Assembly: GCF_902713615.1 (NCBI RefSeq)
Contig: NC_052163.1
Coordinates: forward strand, 116,000,912 to 116,064,911
Direction of reading: 5' to 3'
DNA length: 64,000 bases
From: Scyliorhinus canicula
Lineage: Eukaryota
A model generated the notes under the pieces. It made no database searches. It worked only from the letters and a program-made list of their open reading frames with translations, and was not told the origin of the DNA. Position numbers and translations under genes: made by a program. Below, piece after piece: positions 59,121-64,000 of this stretch (position 1 is the stretch's first letter; each line of letters opens with the position of its first letter).

Positions 59121-59689
59121 GATTTGATAATGATTTCTATGATTCCTCATATTTGAGCCAAGGGAGTGAGCATCGGCAAGGTCTTTGGCATTACAACCCC
59201 AGTTTGATTCTGCCCTTACTTGACTCCGAAAGACACAGACAGGCAGACACACACAGAAACCGACAGACACACTTTCAAAGATAGAGATTAGCTTCAGAAA
59301 ACCTTGTTAAATCTTCCTCCGCCTGGCGATTACAATTTGTACTGGGGCTGCAGCAACTTGCACTGCTCCCACACCAGGCCAAATTACAGCACACAGACCT
59401 TCAATCAATAAGGAATATTCTAAAACTGGCATATAAAGAAAGCACAGGAAAATATATTTACAACAGTGTCACAAAACATCATCTTGTTTATTCAGATCAC
59501 CATCCTTCACCCAATCAATTCTTCCCTTGCAGAAGCTGTCACACACCCAGCTTTTCCTCTCTTTGTCCCGTCCTTACAGCTCTCAAGCTGCTAACGGATC
59601 AGACTTTTAAGGACGTGATATCAATTATTAAAAAGCTGGTGAGAAGGAAACCTTGGTGAGAGGGCATGAGCTGTTATACCATCTCAAAC

Positions 59690-60185
59690 CCTTTGATTAT
59701 ATCATCTGGTTAGGGTCACTGGTACTATTCCAGTCTTCAACTCACTCCAGTCCAAACTACCCTCCATCATCCAGCCTCACCAACATGCCAACAATCCCCT
59801 CAGTCAGATTCAAGGCTATAAACAACACCCAGATCTCTGTGGTTCGATATATAATCTCTGCCCAAACCCCTGAATTAGATTCCATCTGGGCATCCATTAT
59901 GCTACAAGTAAACCGGGTAAGACTCGCGATTAGATTTGAGGTTGTAACTCGTTCTCAGGTATCTCTTATTCTGTACATAACCCCTACCACCCCCAAACCC
60001 TTCGATTGGATTCCATTTTGTACCTCACTCCCGAATCTCTTGTTATTCCATGTAAACTTCCTGAAATGCTTGATTGGATTCCAGTCTGTAACTTATCTCC
60101 GGAGTATCTATTATTCTATTTATGAACCACCACAAACAACTCAGTTAGATTTCAGTCTGTAACTCAAACGTGGGTATCTGAGATT
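59690..60185 (-). repeat. Degenerate ~70-bp tandem repeat (unit core GAGTTACAGACTGGAATCTAATC)
   Basis: GATTYCAGTCTGTAAC-like motifs recur at about 70-bp spacing (near 59933, 60008, 60077, 60148); resembles a common shark satellite (from memory). Confidence 0.7.
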
Positions 60186-60217
60186 CTATACTCTTCGTTG
60201 TTGGCTCTTCCTCCCTT

Positions 60218-60302
60218 CTGAGGACAATGACTCTCGCTGGATTCCCTCCTGAGGGAAATGACTCTCACTGGATTTCCCTCCGGAGGCCAATAACTCTCGC
60301 TG
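60218..60302. repeat. Three tandem copies of a ~30-bp unit (GAGG..AATGACTCTCGCTGGATTCCCTC)
   Basis: Directly visible. Confidence 0.75.
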
Positions 60303-60919
60303 AGATGTTAAGTTGATACTTGACTCTGGGGCACTAAGGTGGCGACTCGGTCTGACCAAATTCACCAGGTCCCAGAACATGGGATTACGGGATAATGTCC
60401 TGGAGCAGGAAGAAGCTTGGTAAAAGAGGGACGTTTGAAGGAGTGTCTCTCAGAAGAAGAGAGGCGGGAAAGTTTAGGGAGGGAAGGTTGCGGGAAGAAG
60501 ACCAGACCATAGGGCCCAGGCAGCTGAAGGCGTGACCACAATTGGTGGAGGGATTGAAATCGGGGATGCTCAAGAGGCCAGAATTGGAGGAGAGCAGAAA
60601 CTGTGAAATATTGTATGGCTGGAGGAGGATATAGATGTGGGGAAGATCAATACACAGGTACATTTTTTGGCTTGTTTTTTAATGTATTTGTCTATTTGTA
60701 CATGTACCCGAGGATGAATGCTTAACAGTGGCAGTGACTCAGTGTGTATAACCCTTCAGCCTCTGAGTCAGATGCTTGTATGTTCAAGGTCCACTCCAGA
60801 GGCTTGAGAATAAAATCTATGCTGAGACTCCCAGGGCTGTACTAGACCTTTTTGAATGAGCTGTTAAATTGAGATCCCAAGGACTCCAGGGCACTATTTC
60901 GATGAAGAGCAGGGGAGTT

Positions 60920-61264
60920 CATAGAATTTACAGTGCAGAAGGAGGCCATTCGGCCCATCAAGTCTGCACCGGCTCCTGGAAAGAGCACCCTACCCAAGGT
61001 CAACACCTTCACCCTATCCCCATAACCCAGTAACCCCACCCAACACCAAGGGCAATTTTGGACACTAAGGGCAATTTATCATGTCCAATCCACCTAACTT
61101 GCACATCTTTGGACTGTGGGAGGAAACCGGAGCACCTGGAGGAAACCCACGCACACACGGGGAGGATGTGCAGACTCCGCACAGACAGTGACCCAAGCCG
61201 GAATCGAACCTGGGACCCTGGTGCTGTGAAGCGCTTGTGCTATCCACAATGCTACCGTGCTGCC
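60920..61264 (-). mobile_element. V-SINE nested in a Deu-type SINE
   Basis: Head, core and tail as above. Confidence 0.85.
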
Positions 61265-62434
61265 TCAGAGTTCTCCTTGGTGTCCTGGCCAATATTTATC
61301 CCTCAATCAACATCACAAAAGAAAATGTGGTCATTATCACATTGCTGTTTATGGGATCTTGCTGTGCACAAAATGGCCACCGCTTTTCCTACATTACAAC
61401 AGTGACCGCAACTTCAGGAGTACTTCATTGGCGGTAAGCCACTACGAGGCATCCTGGGGTAGCGAAAGGTGCCATAAAAATGCAAGTCCATCTTTTCAAC
61501 TGTACAAATTCACCTTCCTGATGTGTGGCCTCTCCAGCCAGGGCCACGCGTTGGGAATTAGGATTAGTGGTCAGGCGGCACAGCAGGATTTTCCCATTCC
61601 CCCTTTGAATATCTGATATGTGCTTCCACGGAGACTCCAAGCAGGGAGCTCAAACTCCTGACAGTTCCCTGACGTCGGATGTAAGGATGGAACTGATCAG
61701 CAGATGGCAGCACTGCAGCACCCAAAGAGCCATGACACCGTTCCGATAGGTGCTTAACCAAATGGTACAGAGCGTGTTGGACATCATTTCACAGCTTTAG
61801 CTTGCAAGAAAATATGAGATGGTGTCATTTTGGAATTTGTAAATTTCTACTTTTTATAATGCTTTGAGATACTTAGTTCCACCATTAGCCTGTGGGCAAA
61901 CTTTCACTGCAGGGTTGATTATTGGGTGGGGTCACACACGGGAAAATATTACCTCGGTGTCTATGCTTTCTGAAAAAGTCGAGTTGCCCCTCACGCGCTC
62001 CCTTCGCTGTTCGACGGCTGCTGACGGGCTGGCTCACCTTGGCTCGTGGCTTTCTCCCTGGGCCTCGCACCTCGCCTCGTTGTTGCTAGCTGGCCAACCC
62101 TGGGTGAAGACAACTACTGGCCTTGCCTTTTCTCGGAATAGTAAAGCACAGGATTTTCTGCCTCTGCCTCTCTCCCTCCTCGCCTAGTCGCCTCTCATTC
62201 CTCGTGCGCGCACCTCAGCGTTCAGATCAGTGTGTTTTCCCGCTCGTTATTAAATTGACCGCAGAGGCCAAGGGGCCTCGCCTGAATATGATCTCCCCAG
62301 ATGAGGGGGCAGGGCTACACCCTTGAGCCAAGGGCCATAGGGGACATAGATACCCCAGCCCAAGTGTGGGCCTGGTGTGGGAGACCCTTCGGGGCGCAGG
62401 AGTTGTGTTATAGTAGGTAAAATATACTGTAGTA

Positions 62435-63225
62435 GGGGCAGCACAGTGGTTAGCACAGTTACTTCACAGCTCCAGGATCCCAAGTTCGATTCCTGGCTTG
62501 GGTCACTGTCTGTGTGGAGTTTGCACTTTCTCCCCGTGTGTGCGTGGGTTTCCTCCGGGTGCTCCGGTCTCCTCCCACAGTCCAAAGATGTTCAGGTTAG
62601 GCGGACTGGCCATGATAAATTGCCCTTAGTGTCCAAAAAGGTTAGGTGGGCGCAGCACGGTGGCGCAGTGGGTTAGCCCTGCTGCCTCAAAGCGCTGAGG
62701 TCCCAGGTTCGATCCCGGCTCTGGATCACTGTCCGTATGGAGTTTGCACATTCTCCCTGTGTTTGCATGGGTGTCACCGCCACAACCCAATGATGTGCAG
62801 GCTAGGTGGATTAGCCATGTTAAATTGCCCCTTAATTGGAAAAAATTAATTGGGTATTCTAAATTTAAATAAAAAGGTAAGGTGGGGTTACTGGGTTACT
62901 GGGATAGGGTGGAGGTGCTCTTTCCAAGGGCTGGTACAGACACAATGAGCCGAATGGCCTCCTTCTGTACTGTAAATTCTATGATAAATTAAATATTGGG
63001 GGCAGCACGGCGGCACAGTGGTTAGCTTTGCAGCCTCACGGCACCGAGGTCCCAGGTTCGATCCCAGCACAGGATCACTGCCCGTGTTGAGTATGCATAT
63101 TCTCCCCGTGTTTGTGTGGGTTTCACCCCCACAACCCAAAGAGTAGGTGGATTGGCCATGCTAAATTGCGCCTTAATTGGAAAAAGTTAATTGTGTACTC
63201 TAAATTAAAATAAATAAATAAATAA
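62435..63225 (+). mobile_element. V-SINE cluster: full copy 62435-62985 with a nested short copy (~62650-62871), then another short copy 62998-63225
   Basis: TSD AAAAGGT(T/A)AGGTGG at 62636-62649 and 62872-62885. Confidence 0.85.
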
Positions 63226-63494
63226 AATAAATATTGAGATTTCGTACAGTCACCGCTTCCCTGTGGTCGCCTGTCTGGAACTTCACTCCGCTCTGAGGGG
63301 ACTCGGCCAATCAGAATCTGATGTCGCTCTGCATTACCTCATTCTGAGCATATCAGCAAATGCAGAGTTATCAGGCTTTCATTGGTGCCCACTGACACTG
63401 GTCAGCGCATCGCCCATCCCCATTGGTTGGGGCCCTGTACCTAGGCACGGTATGTTTCATTGTAAATCTACCTCGGTTGGAGAGTCTCGGATAA

Positions 63495-63685
63495 ATGAAA
63501 TGAAATGAAAAATGAAAATCGCTTATTGTCACGAGTAAGCTTCAATGAAGTTACTGTGAAAAGCCCCTAGTCGCCACATTCCGGCGCCTGTCCGGGGAGG
63601 CTGATACGGGAATCGAACCGTGCTGCTGGCGTGCTTGGTCTGCTTTAAAAGCCAGCGATTTAGCCTGGTCAGCTAAACCAGCCCC
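63495..63685 (-). mobile_element. Short tRNA-derived SINE (copies also at 9197-9375 and 12355-12527; fragment at 57770-57845)
   Basis: (AAATG)n tail and shared body GCTTATTGTCAC...GTTACTGTGAAAAGCCCCTAGTCGCCACATTCC. Confidence 0.8.
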
Positions 63686-64000
63686 TTTATGGACATGGAC
63701 ATAACCGTAAAACCTTAAAATGGACATAACCTTAAAATCAATGCCAGATCTTTGAGCAGAGAAGTTGAGAACATTCCTTCACACAATGGGTGGTAGAAGT
63801 GTAGAATTCTTTCTTACAAAACCCAGCAGATATGCTCGGTTAATAATTTAAAATCTGAGATCGACAGATTTTTTGCGAAACAAGAGTAATAAGATGGTAC
63901 ACAGCCAAGACAGCACTGTCGTGCTTTCGCCATCCAGCTGTATGGAGTTAGGATACAACATCAGCTATGGTCTCATTGAATGGCAGAACAGGTTTGAAGG

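Noticed and set aside
59653-60162. 169-aa ORF that looked like a novel gene
   Set aside because: Lies on a degenerate ~70-bp tandem repeat, has a non-ATG start and no recognisable domain

Overview
Vertebrate genomic DNA. The SINE, LINE and satellite content points to a cartilaginous fish such as a catshark (inference). Three intron-containing genes can be rebuilt by hand with consistent splice phases. (1) The 5' end of ANKLE1 on the - strand: 3 coding exons, ATG at 4752, running off the left edge. (2) A complete RFXANK on the + strand: 8 coding exons, 13214-29852, 308 aa, with a GC-AG last intron. (3) A complete NR2C2AP/TRA16 on the - strand: 5 coding exons, 39365-31780, 141 aa, whose last intron is a U12-type AT-AC intron. 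Most of the rest is repeat-derived: tRNA-derived V-SINEs, Deu-type SINEs, CR1/L2, RTE, Rex1, L1-like and Penelope fragments, solo LTRs, hAT and Harbinger MITEs, a decayed Harbinger transposase with nested insertions, and four tandem arrays. Most notable: (a) short Penelope-derived inserts with minimal type-I hammerhead ribozyme motifs, including a U3-A8 covariant core; (b) a minisatellite of RFX X-box-like units in NR2C2AP intron 1, next to the gene for an RFX-complex subunit; (c) ANKLE1 rather than BORCS8 lying head-to-head with RFXANK; (d) a possible unannotated promoter/first exon near 62 kb. Nearly all ORFs in the supplied track are spurious or transposon fragments. Family assignments come from recalled motifs, not database searches, and repeat boundaries are approximate unless a TSD is given.
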